64,000 nucleotides of DNA from Malacoraja senta (lineage: Eukaryota), in assembly GCA_038087875.1 (NCBI GenBank), contig CM075980.1, positions 9,672,001-9,736,000 of the forward strand. Reading direction: 5' to 3'. The translations under genes and the position numbers were made by a program. The notes under the pieces were generated by a model. That model did no database searches, was not told where the DNA came from, and was given only the letters and a program-made list of their open reading frames with translations. This document shows positions 1-12,438 of the stretch, one piece after another (position 1 is the stretch's first letter; the number at the start of each line of letters is the position of its first letter).

Positions 1-2585
1 GGCAGCAACTGCCGCGGATAAAGCCATGCCAATTAATATGTCTAATTAAACCATTCTCTTCCAAATCCCAATCTGAAGAATCCTCTCCGTAGTTTATCTG
101 TCACTGATTAGTGGCGCACTGGCCCATAAATTCCCGAATTCTCTCTACTTCCCCGGTTAAACAAAGGAACAACATTAATTACTCTCCAGTCCTCAGACCT
201 GGCCTGTTGCTGGAGGTGCAAAGATCTTCGTCGAGGCTCCTGCAATATTCCCTTTTGTCTCTCGAATAACTTGTTGATTTATCCACCTCAACGATTACCT
301 TTCTTCAAGACCCCCAATACCTCCTCCTTCTTAATCTCACAGTGCCCTTACATCCATGAAACTACCAGAGCAAAGAATATAGTAAAGAGAGGTTACAGTA
401 TTACAGTTGCAGATAAAGTGGAAATAGAATGCAAGGTCAATGAAGTAGGGTTGGAGATAACAGCGAGGAAGAAACGTCCCTGAATCTGGTGGTACATGTT
501 TACAAGCTTTTGTGTCTTCTGTCCGATGGAAGAGCGGAGACCTTTTACGCTTTCTGAAGCAGCGTAAAATGTCGGTGCAGTCTGTGAAATGTAGATGGAG
601 TCTATTGGGAGAGGTTGCTTTTGTGATAGACAAGGCTACATTAGCAACTCTCTGTAACTTAGAATTAATAATAATGTAATTGTTTACAGAGCTATCAACA
701 GAATCTAGATGGCATACATCAACCATGGCGTGAAAGCACGCAGTAGAAACTGGTTTGTTTTGATTTTCTGCCTAAACTAATTGTGGCGACTAGTTGAGTT
801 CCTCCTGCAATTTTTTTTAAATCGCTCCACCTGAGAAGCATCTCCTTTAATGTGTCCATATCTCTACAGGCCGGTCAGTCCGGGAGGGGAGGTATTGCAT
901 TTGTATTTAGAGGTGCTCAGATTGGCCAACAGTGGCAGCGATGGGGCAGCATACAAGCAATCACAACTGTACCTCGCGACACAGAATTTCCGAGCCTAAT
1001 TAAACTTTCCAACATTATGATTGTGGCGCCTCACATATTCGCGTACAAATCCACCTACCTTTTTACTGTGATGCATATTCCGATTGCACATGACCTTTAT
1101 TTATAAATTACTTTCGGTCGGATGGCACAAAGTAATCACAAATCAGGCGGGCGCACGACAAATATTTGCCTCACTCATCTGGATAAAAACTTCAGTAGTT
1201 CTGTCAATGTTCAATTTAATATTGTAGGCCTATATATGTGTAAATATTCTGGCAAATACATTAATAAATGTTGCAAATTATCACTCATTGTAGGTGTAGA
1301 CTTTAACTCTAGTTGCTGATTTTAGTACAACAAATTGTGTATTATTATGAAGGATATTAACAAAGGCACGAGTGTAGTGGTGTAAAGTGGGGGTAGATGC
1401 ATTGTTGAATGATCGGGACATAATTCTATTAAAATAGTTTTAGTATCACTTTGTTAATCTCTAGTATTATATATTCTACCAAGTGACGGTGGATAGACAA
1501 CCTTTGTACAGTTTTATTTATCTTACTCTAAATTCTAGCCGTGTATCATAGATGCTATAGATGACACATTCTCCTAGGTAATACGCAGCAAAACCAGGCC
1601 ACCCATCCTCCCGGTGCTGTTTCCCAATCAGATAAGCTGAAAAATCAACTCGCATACAAGACCAACATTTTCAGTAATTACTTCTATTTTACTGCATCTA
1701 AGCTGTATTTGTGCTTCTAATTCGTTCAATTTATTTATTACACTCTGTGCATAAATACTTAAATGTATTGTTTGGGAGATAAAGTCTCACATTTTCTTCT
1801 TCCCTGACACCATCTATCTTGTCGCCGTAACAAACTTTGACTTCCGCTTACTGCAACTTTTTCTGCAACTTCATCCACATGATTTATTGTTTATTTAAAC
1901 CTGGACTACAGATCGCATTTATTAATACAATCTGGCCATCAGTTCGCACTTGTTACCATTGTTGTCGCAGGATTTTATTCGGACTGAGAAAAGAGATTAG
2001 GAAAAAAACCTCTTTCGAATATTTCGTCATCGTTTAGAGGTCTGTTCTTCAACTCTACAAGACCTTAATTTTTTATTAGTAATAAATCCTATACAGTCAG
2101 TCACCTTCACTCCCCACTCACATTTTACCGCGTTCACTGAAAACAATTACAATGTCAATAAAATACCTTTGCCTTTTTGACAGAATAAGTACTGCAACAT
2201 CAAGTCAGTTTCTCATTCTAACCACTCTGACCGATAGCGTGTGTTATTATTGTATACAATAGTTTGTTGGAGTGGCACCTATGAAATGTCTCTGGAAAAC
2301 TTAGTGCATGCATCATTTCCCCTTTTGGCACAGTACATGTTAATTCTTCAAGAATCTCCAATACATACTTCAAACGTGATACAGCTCCACGAAACCACGG
2401 TGATTCTGCGCGATTACCTTGAATTTATCTTCATGCCCTGCAACAATCTGTTTAATATAGCATCTGACAATTGTCAGTAGAATGTTTTAAACTAGTTAAG
2501 CCATATATTCATAACCTCTCGCTCACTTATTTTTTATCAATAAAGACTTACTTTTACTAGTTTCCAATCTGATAGAGCCGTTCGC

Positions 2586-3575
2586 AGCTATTTACAATAT
2601 AAATCAATGATTTGGATGAAGGGATTCAAAGTAACATTAGCAAATTTGCAGATGACACAAAGCTGTGTGGCAGTGTGAACTGTGAGGAGGATGCTATGAG
2701 AATGCAGGGTGACTTGGACAGGTTGGGGTAGTGGGCAGATGCATGGCAGATGAAGTTTAATGCGGATAAATGTGAGGTTATCCACTTTGGTAGCAAAAAC
2801 ATGAAAGGCAGATTACTATCTAAATGGCGTCAAGTTGAGAAAAGGGGAAGTACAACGGGATCTGGGGTCCTTGTACATCAGTCTATGAAAGTAAGCATGC
2901 AGGTACAGCAGGCAGTGAAGAAAGCGAATGGCATGTTGGCCTTTATAACAAGAGGAATCGAATATAGGAGCAAAGAGGTCCTTCTGCAGTTGTACAGAGC
3001 CCTAGTGAGACCACACCTGGAGTATTGTGTGCAGTTTTGGTCCCCTAATTTGAGGAAGGACGTTCTTGCTATTGAGGGAGTGCAGCATAGGGTTACAATG
3101 TTAATTCCCGGGATGGCGGGACTGTCATATGCTGAGAGAATGGAGCAGCTGGGCTTGTACACTCTGGAGTTTAGAAGGATGAGAGGGAATCTCATTGAAA
3201 CATATAAGATTGTTAAAGGCTTGGACACACTAGAAGCAGGAAACATGTTCCCGATGTTGGGGAGTCCAGAACCAGGGGGCCACAGTTTAAGAATAAGGAG
3301 TAAGCCATTTAGAACGGAGACGAGGAAACACTTTTTCTCACAGACAGTGGTGAGTCTGTGGAATTCTCTGCCTCAGAGGGCGGTGGAGGCAGGTTCTCTG
3401 GATGCTTTCAAGAGAGAGCTAGATAGGGCTCTTAAAAATTTCGGAGTCAGGGGATATGGGGAGAAGGCAGGAACGGGGTACTGATTGGGGATGATCAGCC
3501 ATGATCACATTGAATGGCGGTGCTGGCTCGAAGGGCCAAATGGCCTGCTCCTGCACCTATTGTCTATTGTTTATT
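2586..3575 (+). mobile_element. 5'-truncated CR1-clade (HER1-like) LINE
   Basis: RT C-terminus KFADDTKL...VRPHLEYCVQFWSP...GEKAGTGY, in-frame stop near 2729, typical 3' UTR and (CTATTGT) tail. Confidence 0.93.
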
Positions 3576-3989
3576 GCCAAACCAGGCAATGCACATTCTC
3601 GAGATCACTGATGATTACTTAATGCTCTTATAAAGTTTGCTTCTAGCAATGTCTGGGGAAACGGCAGGAATTATTTCCAAGTTGTTTGGAACACATACAC
3701 AAAATAATTTTAATGTTCAATTGCATTTACATTTCCAAAAACCCTCCATACCCTGAGCCTTCCTCGCGTCACAGTTGATCGTAAGCAGGCGAGTAGCTAA
3801 TGCAATGCTTCCACAAAATATATCCCCAATATCCCATCTGTGAAGGGAATAAATGTGATGGAGAATCGTGTACCGTGGAGTGCTTTTTGTGAAACTGGAA
3901 GACCTAAAACCAACTAGGCAAGTCGATCAGTGTCAGTGGGCGAGCACTTTACGGAGAGGGAGCATTGCTTTCGTAAACTTCACGGTGCG

Positions 3990-4990
3990 CATAAGAAGGG
4001 ATAAGAATAGTACAGAAATTCAATTTCTGAATTGGCAGATGGTCGATTAGAATGTAATTTGACGCAACTTGGCAAAAGATGCTTATGTAGTAAGAATGAT
4101 TGGTAAGTTTGTTGATGGCACGAAAATTCGTGGCATTGCTAATATTGAGATCGCAGTCAGTTTGCAGATTGATGTTGACCGTCTGGTCAAATGTGCAAGA
4201 TAATGACAAGTAGAATTTAATCCTGATAATTATGTTCTGTTGTATATTGCGGTATTAAATAAGTGTAAGTCACAAATCATGCATTGAGCAACAACATTCG
4301 TTAATCTGCAAGTCTAAAGTTCCATGCAAATGGCAGAGCAGGTATTACATGCTAAAGATGGCTTATGAAGTACTTTCATTGTCCATTGTATCCGATATCA
4401 GAAAACAGAGGACTACATACACATTTCTAAAATATTGGTTATGTCACAGCTAGAATACTCCGTGCCGTTCTGATCAGCACTGCATCGAACGCACAGGACT
4501 ATTCTGGAGAGATTGCACAGAATCTTCATCTTGATGTTGCCTGTGATGGAATGTTTCAGTTATGAGGAAAGCCGCGATGTGCCGGTACTGTTTTGTTAGG
4601 TGCATTTGAGGCTGTTTGCAAACATGATTGCGATATATAAAATATGAGGGACATCTATAGCGCAGACAATAAGGCACTTATATTCATAGCAGAGGTGTGC
4701 AAGCCTGGAGGGCACATGTCTAAGATGAACAGTGAGAAATTAGCGGTGATCTGAGGAAGAGATTCCTCATCCAAAGAGCGGTTGCTATCTGAAATGCACT
4801 GCGCAAGAAGATGGTGGACGAAGATACTCTCAAAATATTTAGGAAGCTTCTGGACGAACATCTGAATTGACAATCTATGATAGATTACAGACCGAATTTT
4901 AGTACATAGTATTAATGTGGAAAGACAGTTGATGGACAGTTTATTAATTTCGATGATTAACAGTTGATAGACATGGTGAGCCGCCGGGAT
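3990..4990 (+). mobile_element. Highly degenerate CR1 remnant
   Basis: Traces of the KFADD (AAGTTTGTTGATGGCACGAAAATT), QLEY (CAGCTAGAATAC) and 3'-end regions; many indels; boundaries approximate. Confidence 0.6.
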
Positions 4991-5589
4991 TTCAGTATTT
5001 CTGTGCTATGGGAATCTACAACTCCCTACCTTTCTGACCTCTAATACCATTCAGCGTCTGGGTACCTTTGGGGAGTTACTACCCTACTGTCAAAGGAAAG
5101 GTTACCAGCACCCTATGCTTCCTCTCTAATCATATACCACTCTTACATGTCAGCGTACCACCTTTTCTTCCTCATTGCTGGAAGTAAATCCAAGAACGGT
5201 ATTTATGGTGGGTTTAGGGATGTACCGTCACCAAAACGTGTGCAGCAATTCGAGAAGGTGCTAATCACGACGTTGTAAATCATGACGGTTGCGCTAACAG
5301 TGTGCCCTTCCTGAAAAAATAAACCACGTGCAAACTACATTTGACAATCATGATGCCTCGGGCAGGTCACCAATCCATCTTTCTATCTTAGTTTTCCTTT
5401 GAAATGGACAGTTTAACAATTAAGGATTATGCATCACATCCGAGATTTGACGTATTCGGGATCTCTGCGCCGTGTCTTTTGGTCTTGAACTGAAATTGCA
5501 CGGATACAAAATCAACGTGGACTGATTGCTTCCTCTTAGGTTGTCCTAGTAATACTACCCCACATTGGCACATCACACCTAGTAACTGC

Positions 5590-8135
5590 AACAGTAAAAA
5601 GACCCTGATGGGAGTTATGTACGGGCCTCCAAACAGTAGCCAGAACGTAGCGTGCAAATTACACCAGGAGACGCAAAGGTCATGTGGATTTCAATATGCA
5701 GGTAGACTGGAAAATTTAAGGTTGGTACTGGATCCCAGGAGAAGGAATTTGTAGAGTGCCTCCAACGTAGTTTCTTAGAGCAGCTTATGTCGAGCCTACT
5801 AGGGAAAAGCAATTATTTATTTGGCACTGTGTAATGAACTGGATTTGACTAGGGACCTTAAGTTTAAAATATCCCCAGGTGACCATAATATGATGAAATT
5901 GAACCTGCCGTTTGAGAGGGAGAAGACGAAATCAGATTGTCGGTGTTACTGTTACATAAAGGTAACTACAGAGACATGAGGGAGAAGCTGGCTAATGTTG
6001 AATGGAAAAGGATCCAAGCAGGAACGACGGAGGAGCTGCAATAGGAGGAGTTTCCATGAATAATTCGTAAGATGCATGATTTTTCATTCCAAAGAGGAAG
6101 AGAGTTTCTAAGGAGAGCATGACGTGACCGGGACTGACACAAAGTTACTAAAAAAGCAATATGGAAAGAAAAAATGAAATATAAAGTTAAGCTAGCCACT
6201 ATTGTAAAAGAGGATAGCAAAAGTTTCTTCAGCTATATAACGAATAAGAGAGAGGGAAGAGAAGACATTGGACCACTAGAGAATGACGCTGGAGAAGGGA
6301 TAATGGGGAATAAATAAATGTCAGATTAATTTAATACGTTTTTTCATCGAACCTCACAGAGGTGTCTTCAAGAGAGTTGGGGGCAGAAACTAGTGGAGTT
6401 GATATTACTAAGTAGGTGCTTGGGTCTGAAGTTGAATAAATCACCTGGACCAGATGTGCTGCACCCCAGTGTTCTGAAGAGGTAGTTTTAGAGATTGTGG
6501 TCATGTTTGTGGGGATCTTTGAAAAATCACTGGGGTCAGAAGTGGTCACAGTGGACTAGTAAATTGCAAATGTTACTCTGCATCTCAAGATGGGAGCAAA
6601 ACAAAAGAGGGGAAACTATAGGCCACTTCGCTTCACTTCAGTGATTGGTAAGATTTTAAAGTCCATTAAAAAGTGTGAGGTTTCTGAGTACATAGAAGCA
6701 CATGATAAATTTGGCAGAAGGCATCGTGGTTTTGTGAATGGGAAATCTTGCCTGTTGGAATTCTTTGAGGAAGTAAATAGCAGGATGAACATTGGATGTT
6801 GTTGACATGGATTTTCAGAAGGCATTTGATAAGCTGCTGCATGTGAAGCTGCTAAAGAAGACGAGAGCCCGCGGTATTAGAGGGAAGATAATATCACGGA
6901 TAGAAGGTTAGCTGTATGGCAGAAGGCAAAGAGTGGGAATAAAGGGAATTTTATTCTGCTCGGCTGCCAGTGACTAGTGTTCCACAGAGATCGCTGATCC
7001 TCACGATATATATTAATGGTTTGGATGAGGTAAGTGAAGGCTTTGTGACCACGTTTGTGGATGATACAAACATAGGTGGAGGGCCAGGCAGCGTAGAGAA
7101 AGCAGGGACTTTGCAGAGAGTATTGGACAGTTCGGGAGAGTGGGCAAAGAAAAGGCAAATGGAATATAGTGTAACATAATGAGCAGTCATTCATTTTGAT
7201 GGTAGGTTTAAAGGCGTAGACTGTTTTCTAAATGGGGAAATTATTCAGAAATTAGAGGTGCAAAGGAACCAAGGAGTGCTGGTGTAGGATTCCTAAAATA
7301 TTAATTTGCAAGGTGAAACGGTAGTAAGGAAGGCAAATGCAATGTTTGCAACTATTTCCAGAGGACTATAATATAAAAACAGGAATGTAATGTTAAGGCT
7401 TTATAAGGTACTGGTCAGACTGCATTTGGAGAATAGTGTAGGAAAGAACTGCAGATGCTGGTTTAAGTCGAAGGTAGACACAAAATGCTGGAGTAACTCA
7501 GCGGGACAGGCATCATCTCTGGAGAGAAGGAATGGGTGACGAATGGGGGTGTTTTTGTTTAGAGGTTCGGATGTTATGTTACAGTTGTAAAATATGTCAC
7601 CGAGACTGCAGTTGGACTATTGTACTTAGTTTTTGTCACACTGAGATAAGAAGGGTGTTATTGATCTGGAAAGAGTGCGGAGAAGATTTTTTAGGATGTT
7701 GCCATGACATGAAGCCCTGAACTATTGGGAGATGTTGGCAGGCTCGGATTTGGAGTGTAGGAGAATGATGAGTCATGTAATCGAGGTGTTTAAGATCATG
7801 AGGGGAATAGAAAAGCTAAATGCACAGAGTCTTTTACCCAGAGTAGGGGAATCAAGAAACGGAGGATTTAATTTAAGGTTGAGAGGAGAATGATTCAATG
7901 GGAACCTGGGGCGAAACGTTTTCACACAGAGGATGGTGAGATATGGACGGAACAGCCAGAGCAAGTAGTTGTGACAGGCACAACATTTAAAAGACGCTTC
8001 GACAGGTAAATAGCCAGTAAAAGTTTAGCGGGATATGGGCCAAACGCGGGCAAGTGCGATTAGTGTAGTCAGGCCATCTTGATCGACATGGGCAAGTTGG
8101 CCGAAGGAACCTTTTCCTTGCTGTTCGACTCTTAT
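5590..8135 (+). mobile_element. Long degenerate CR1 (endonuclease to RT to 3' tail), interrupted by a PLE-tail fragment at about 7437-7541
   Basis: GVMYGPPNS, GNYRPL..TSVIGKIL, GFVNGKSCL, DFQKAFDK, FVDDT remnants and a GGCCGAAGG...CTGTT tail; boundaries approximate. Confidence 0.8.
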
Positions 8136-8165
8136 GATATTATGACTTGTGATATTATGAAGCTA

Positions 8166-8471
8166 TTAGTTTAGTTTAGTTTAGTTTAGTTTAGAGATGC
8201 AGCGTGGAAACAGGCCCTTCGACCCGCCGAGTCCGCATCGACCAGCGATTCCATCACATCACCACTACCCTACACACAAGGGACAATTTACACTTATACC
8301 AAGCCAATTAACCTACAACCCTGGAAATCGAAGATCTCGAAGAACCCCCACGCTGTCACGGGGAGAACGGACAAACTCCGTACAAACAGCACCCGTAGTC
8401 GGTATCGAACTCTGATGTCCGGCGCTGCATCGCTGTAAGGCAGCAAATCTACCGCTGCGCTACCGTGTCGC
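8166..8471 (-). mobile_element. tRNA-derived SINE (HE1-like) with (CTAAA)n tail
   Basis: - strand has A-box-like TAGCGCAGCGG and B-box-like GTTCGATACC, a body matching the copy at 33353-33630, a CR1-like 3' end (GAAGGGCCTGTTTCCACGCTG) and a (TTTAG)n array at 8166-8193. Confidence 0.85.
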
Positions 8472-8903
8472 TAGCTGCAGTTCATTGTGCATCTACTTCA
8501 CTTTCACCTTCCTTGAAAGTCTCAACCCTCTCTCTTCAACGCTTTATTTCAAAAGGTATCCTTTGAGTGTCTCCACTTGTTGCTCCACTCTTTGTGGCGC
8601 TCACTCTCTCTCACTCTGTCCTTCATAATGTTAGCACGTAGAGTTACATTATAGCTACAGCAGAAATACTATGCTGCAAAGCTTTAGCAAGACTTGTACG
8701 ACAGCTGTACTTTTCTGTCCTCCGCTTCTGTTTCCAAAACAAACAGATTATGTTTACGTCTTCCAAAGCCTGTGTGTTCCTGCAACTTTCAGAAAGCGCA
8801 TTGTTCCTGAAACGCATTACAACTGAAATATATGTGCTCCGTGTATCTTGTTATGTTTTATGACAGTTGGTAGTCCAATTCCCCTCCTGGGTTAAATAAT
8901 TGC

Positions 8904-8928
8904 TATCGTATCGTATCGTACCGTATCG
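8904..8928. repeat. (TATCG)n microsatellite, about 5 units
   Basis: TATCGTATCGTATCGTACCGTATCG read directly. Confidence 0.85.
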
Positions 8929-9146
8929 CCCTTGGGAAATATGCCAAGCAAAACGAATCACTTCATCCATCAATACATCCAATTCTCATCACCATTGCTT
9001 GTAAGGTGAGTACATGCGCCACGTCTCTAATTAATCCTCAGAATGTGCCCATGTGCGTCCTTCTGGGATCACAATAACATTCTGTCGATAGAACCCCCAC
9101 CGTATTATTGGAAAGGGATTTCCAAGACAGGCCCAGCAATCGGAAC

Positions 9147-9174
9147 CTGAAGAAGGGTCTCGATCCGAAACGTC
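9147..9174 (+). ncRNA. Minimal hammerhead-ribozyme core in a PLE tail
   Basis: CTGAAGA-A-GGGTC-TC-GATCC-GAAA-CGTC: both conserved core boxes, a 5-bp helix II with one G-U pair, palindromic ACGT helix III and a GUC cleavage triplet. Helix I pairing is weak. Confidence 0.55.
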
Positions 9175-10888
9175 ACCCATTCCTTCTCTCCAGGGATGCT
9201 GCCTGTCCCGCTGAGTTACTCCAGCTTTTTGTGTCTATCTCCAACAATCGGAAAGCTGGGCAAAACATTTCCCAATTCAACGTGGTCTGTGACTTGTATC
9301 GCAACAGTGTAGCTCCCATGCCCACCCTTTACTTTTATCCTGGTTGGCATGGGAGTGTTGGCCGCGGATTCTAGTGAAGTAATTGCAATACATTTTGTAT
9401 ATGGTAAAGATAGACACAAGAAGCTAGAGTAACTGCGGGTCAAAAAGCAAATACTGTCGTCGCGATACATTACTCCTTGGAGTGAGTAAACACAGGTGCA
9501 GAGAATGGGGGTGTCAATCAATCGGATTATATTGCTCTCGTTGAAGTTTACCCACGTGATTGCTGTTGGAGCTGCACTCATCTGGGCAAGCTGAGAAAAT
9601 TCTCCAATTTGTCCAGTTTATGATGGGAAACCCTTCTTGTAAGGAAATGAGAGGAGAACTTAGCAGTGGCATGCACATTGGTAATTGGCAAAACAGGGGT
9701 GTGATACAAGCGCCTTGAAACGTATTCTTACGTCATAATTTCAAGTAATATTTAGTTAACATCCATTTAAGTATGCGTAATCATCCCAAGTTATTACAGG
9801 AATATTTTCCACGCTGCAACAGCGAAAGCATTTCAGAAGAACTGAGGAGTCGAAGAATTTCGGAAGCAAGTCTTTAGTGTTGATTCTCATGCTGTTAATA
9901 CCATGGCAAGGGTAATCCATGAAATTCAATGAACGTTATCGTTATAATTAGGGCCACTGGTTTGCTATATAATATCTAGTATGATGCAACGCTGGTTCCA
10001 TTAAAATATAATTTCACACGTCGAATTAAGGTTTGATGGAATTTATGACAAGGCAATCCAGAACCGCCGACACATTTGACTTTTTTAACATATAAAACTC
10101 GCCATAAGCCTGTGGTCGATTAAACATATTTGTCATTTTTTCCATCTCATTAAGTCAATTTTACGAACAAAGTAAGCGGACGTTTCAAATGTGGGTGCTG
10201 CAAGAAATCATGCTTTCCAAATTTACTGCAAAACCATTACATTAAAATTTGGACCGTGATTTATAATAAATATACAGTAAGACTTTACAAATTTGCAAAT
10301 TTTACAAATTCAAAATTAATTTGCAATCAGTTGTTTATTCGCCTTGTGCTTTTAGAAAACTTCGATACACCATCGTCACCAAAATGCTCACCAGTTTCAA
10401 AAATCAATTTGCAACTAAAGAACGTGTCGCGCACAGTGCGGCCACACCGTGAGATCAGGACTTCAGCAGTTCTGAAACACTCTCCACATGGAATGTATCT
10501 CTTCATTTTTTATGAGTGAATGAACAGTCGGCGGATATTATCATGGTTTATTCGATAAGTACATTTTGTTTAAATAGCGCATTGTGTAACCGCACCGAAA
10601 AGGGTTCAAAATAAATGAAAAAATATAATGAAAATAGACACACAAATCTGAAGTAACTCAGCGGACAGGCAGCATCTCTGGATTCAACGAATGGGTGACG
10701 TTTCGGGCATAATGAATGTCTCATTTCAAACAAAATGAAATCTCTTATGTGCTTGAAAATATATTAAATCGTACAGGAACACACAATTAGAATTCGGATA
10801 TTGACCTAGCTAAAAGTTTGGGAATAATTTGACACAAGAAGAATCTGGCAACTTCTGATTGGCGCAACGTTCGTAGTGATTTGGTTTG

Positions 10889-10934
10889 TTTTGCATATGA
10901 ACCCCCAGTGACGCCTCGTCACACGGTTCATAAG
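10889..10934 (+). promoter_or_regulatory. Ig V-gene promoter: octamer variant, inverted CRE half-sites, TATA-like element
   Basis: TTTTGCAT at 10889-10896 (one mismatch to Ig octamer ATTTGCAT), TGACG-cct-CGTCA at 10909-10921 and CATAAG at 10929-10934, ending about 60 nt upstream of the leader ATG at 10995. Confidence 0.6.
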
Positions 10935-10994
10935 AGACCCCGAGAGAAACGTGTGTACCACTTCACCAGGCGCCCCCCACTCAGTTTATTTACA

Positions 10995-11043
10995 ATGTCT
11001 TGCTGGGTCCGTGTAGTCTATGCATTAGCGTTTTCCGCAGTTT
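10995..11043 (+). CDS. IGL: Ig light-chain leader (L1) exon
   Basis: ATG at 10995 encodes MSCWVRVVYALAFSAV + 1 nt, then donor GTGAGT at 11044. 49-nt phase-1 exon and 124-nt intron, the usual Ig leader layout. Splices to 11168 to give ...SAVCINA/EVTLNQP. Confidence 0.88.
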
Positions 11044-11167
11044 GTGAGTATTCTACTTACACCCACATGATGTTTAATTTCGAGTACAATTATAACTTTA
11101 TTTTACTGACGCATGTTGTTTTCGCTAATGTAAATGAATAGTTTACTTTTTCTAATTTTTCTTCCAG

Positions 11168-11512
11168 GTATAAACGCGGAGGTTACACTAAATCAGCCGT
11201 CTTCACAGTCCATGTCTCCGGGGCAGAACCAGCAAATACCCTGTACTATGTCTGGCGACAGTTTAGGTAGTACCAATGTTTACTGGTACCAACAGGTTTT
11301 TGGAAAAGCGCCACGGTATCTGGTCTACTATTGGTCGGGAAGCAGCATTTACAGAGGCTCGGGAGTTTCTGAACGTTTCTCCGGATCAGTGTCAGGCAAC
11401 ACGGCAACATTGACAATATCGAACGTGCAGTCGGAGGACGCTGCTGATTACTACTGTGCTGTGTGGAAAAGTGCTATAATCTTCGGCAAAGGAACGAGGC
11501 TGGGAATTACCA
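11168..11512 (+). CDS. IGL: Lambda-like Ig light-chain V exon, germline-joined to J
   Basis: Pyrimidine tract and AG at 11166-11167. Protein EVTLNQPSSQSMSPGQNQQIPCTMSGDSLGSTNVYWYQQVFGKAPRYLVYYWSGSSIYRGSGVSERFSGSVSGNTATLTISNVQSEDAADYYCAVWKSAIIFGKGTRLGIT has both V-set Cys, WYQQ, DAADYYC and the J motif FGKG. Ends with consensus phase-1 donor GTAAGT at 11513. No heptamer/nonamer between V and J. Confidence 0.93.
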
Positions 11513-12438
11513 GTAAGTAAAATATCTTCACTCTTTGGGTAGACAAACGTACTGGAGAAACTCAGCGGGTGAGGCAGGTGACCCGCTGAGTTTCTCCAGC
11601 ACTTTTGTCTACCTTCGATTTTCCAGCATCTGCAGTTCCTTCTTGAACATCTTGTTCACTCTTTGGGTGCTTGATACTGCAGTGAAAGGTAATTAGTTTT
11701 GTGTCGCTTAATTAATGGTTCAAAGAAAAGTGTTTTAAAGCCTATCTTTTCTAAATACACGGCTAAAATCAAGTCTTTTTGGCAAATTAATAGGTAACGA
11801 TATGGGAGGGGCAAATGCCTTTTCGGCTGTTTACATTTTCATTCTTAATTACTTTTCAAACGATGAACTAACAATTGTCAACCAGGATAGGAAATAGGCC
11901 GGCGGTAAAGAAGCTTGTCTTTTCCTTCTTTTGATGGCACGAATGATATATTAGAAGACGCACCTTCAATAATAGCACTTACTTTGGGTTGATGCCCCAT
12001 CGCGAAGTCTGAAATACCCGAGAGCTGCGCATCACTCGACCCCCGTGAGGTTTTCCTAAAAATTATGAACATGTATAGATAAAGAAAGTGCATTTCTCAG
12101 AATTATTGGTTCAAACCCAATAACCTGTCAGTCACCTGGAATATCGCTTTGAATTGTTTGTATATGGATTGGTAAACTTCTATTAGGCATGAGCACAAGA
12201 TCGGAACTGTTACAACAATTCATGAGATTTTATTTAATTTTCCCTGACGTGGGTTTTCGGTATCGAGAGTAGAAGTGCAAATTTATAAGATAATAATAAT
12301 GTCCAATTCCTGCCGGCAGTGCATTAGTCGCCTTGTGCCATTTTTCTGTCCTTACATTTTCCCGCTGGAGGTGCAAGTGTAGCAGTGCTTCCGGTATATG
12401 GAATCTGGACTGTAGTTTAGAGGAATTTTTTTTCTTTG

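Noticed and set aside
10432-10470. RSS heptamer CACAGTG upstream of the Ig gene
   Set aside because: No ACAAAAACC-like nonamer at 12- or 23-nt spacing and no adjacent coding segment.
11880-12060. Possible Ig constant or transmembrane exon after J (KLVFPSFDG...IIALTLG)
   Set aside because: No C1-set Cys/Trp pattern, early stops and no convincing acceptor.
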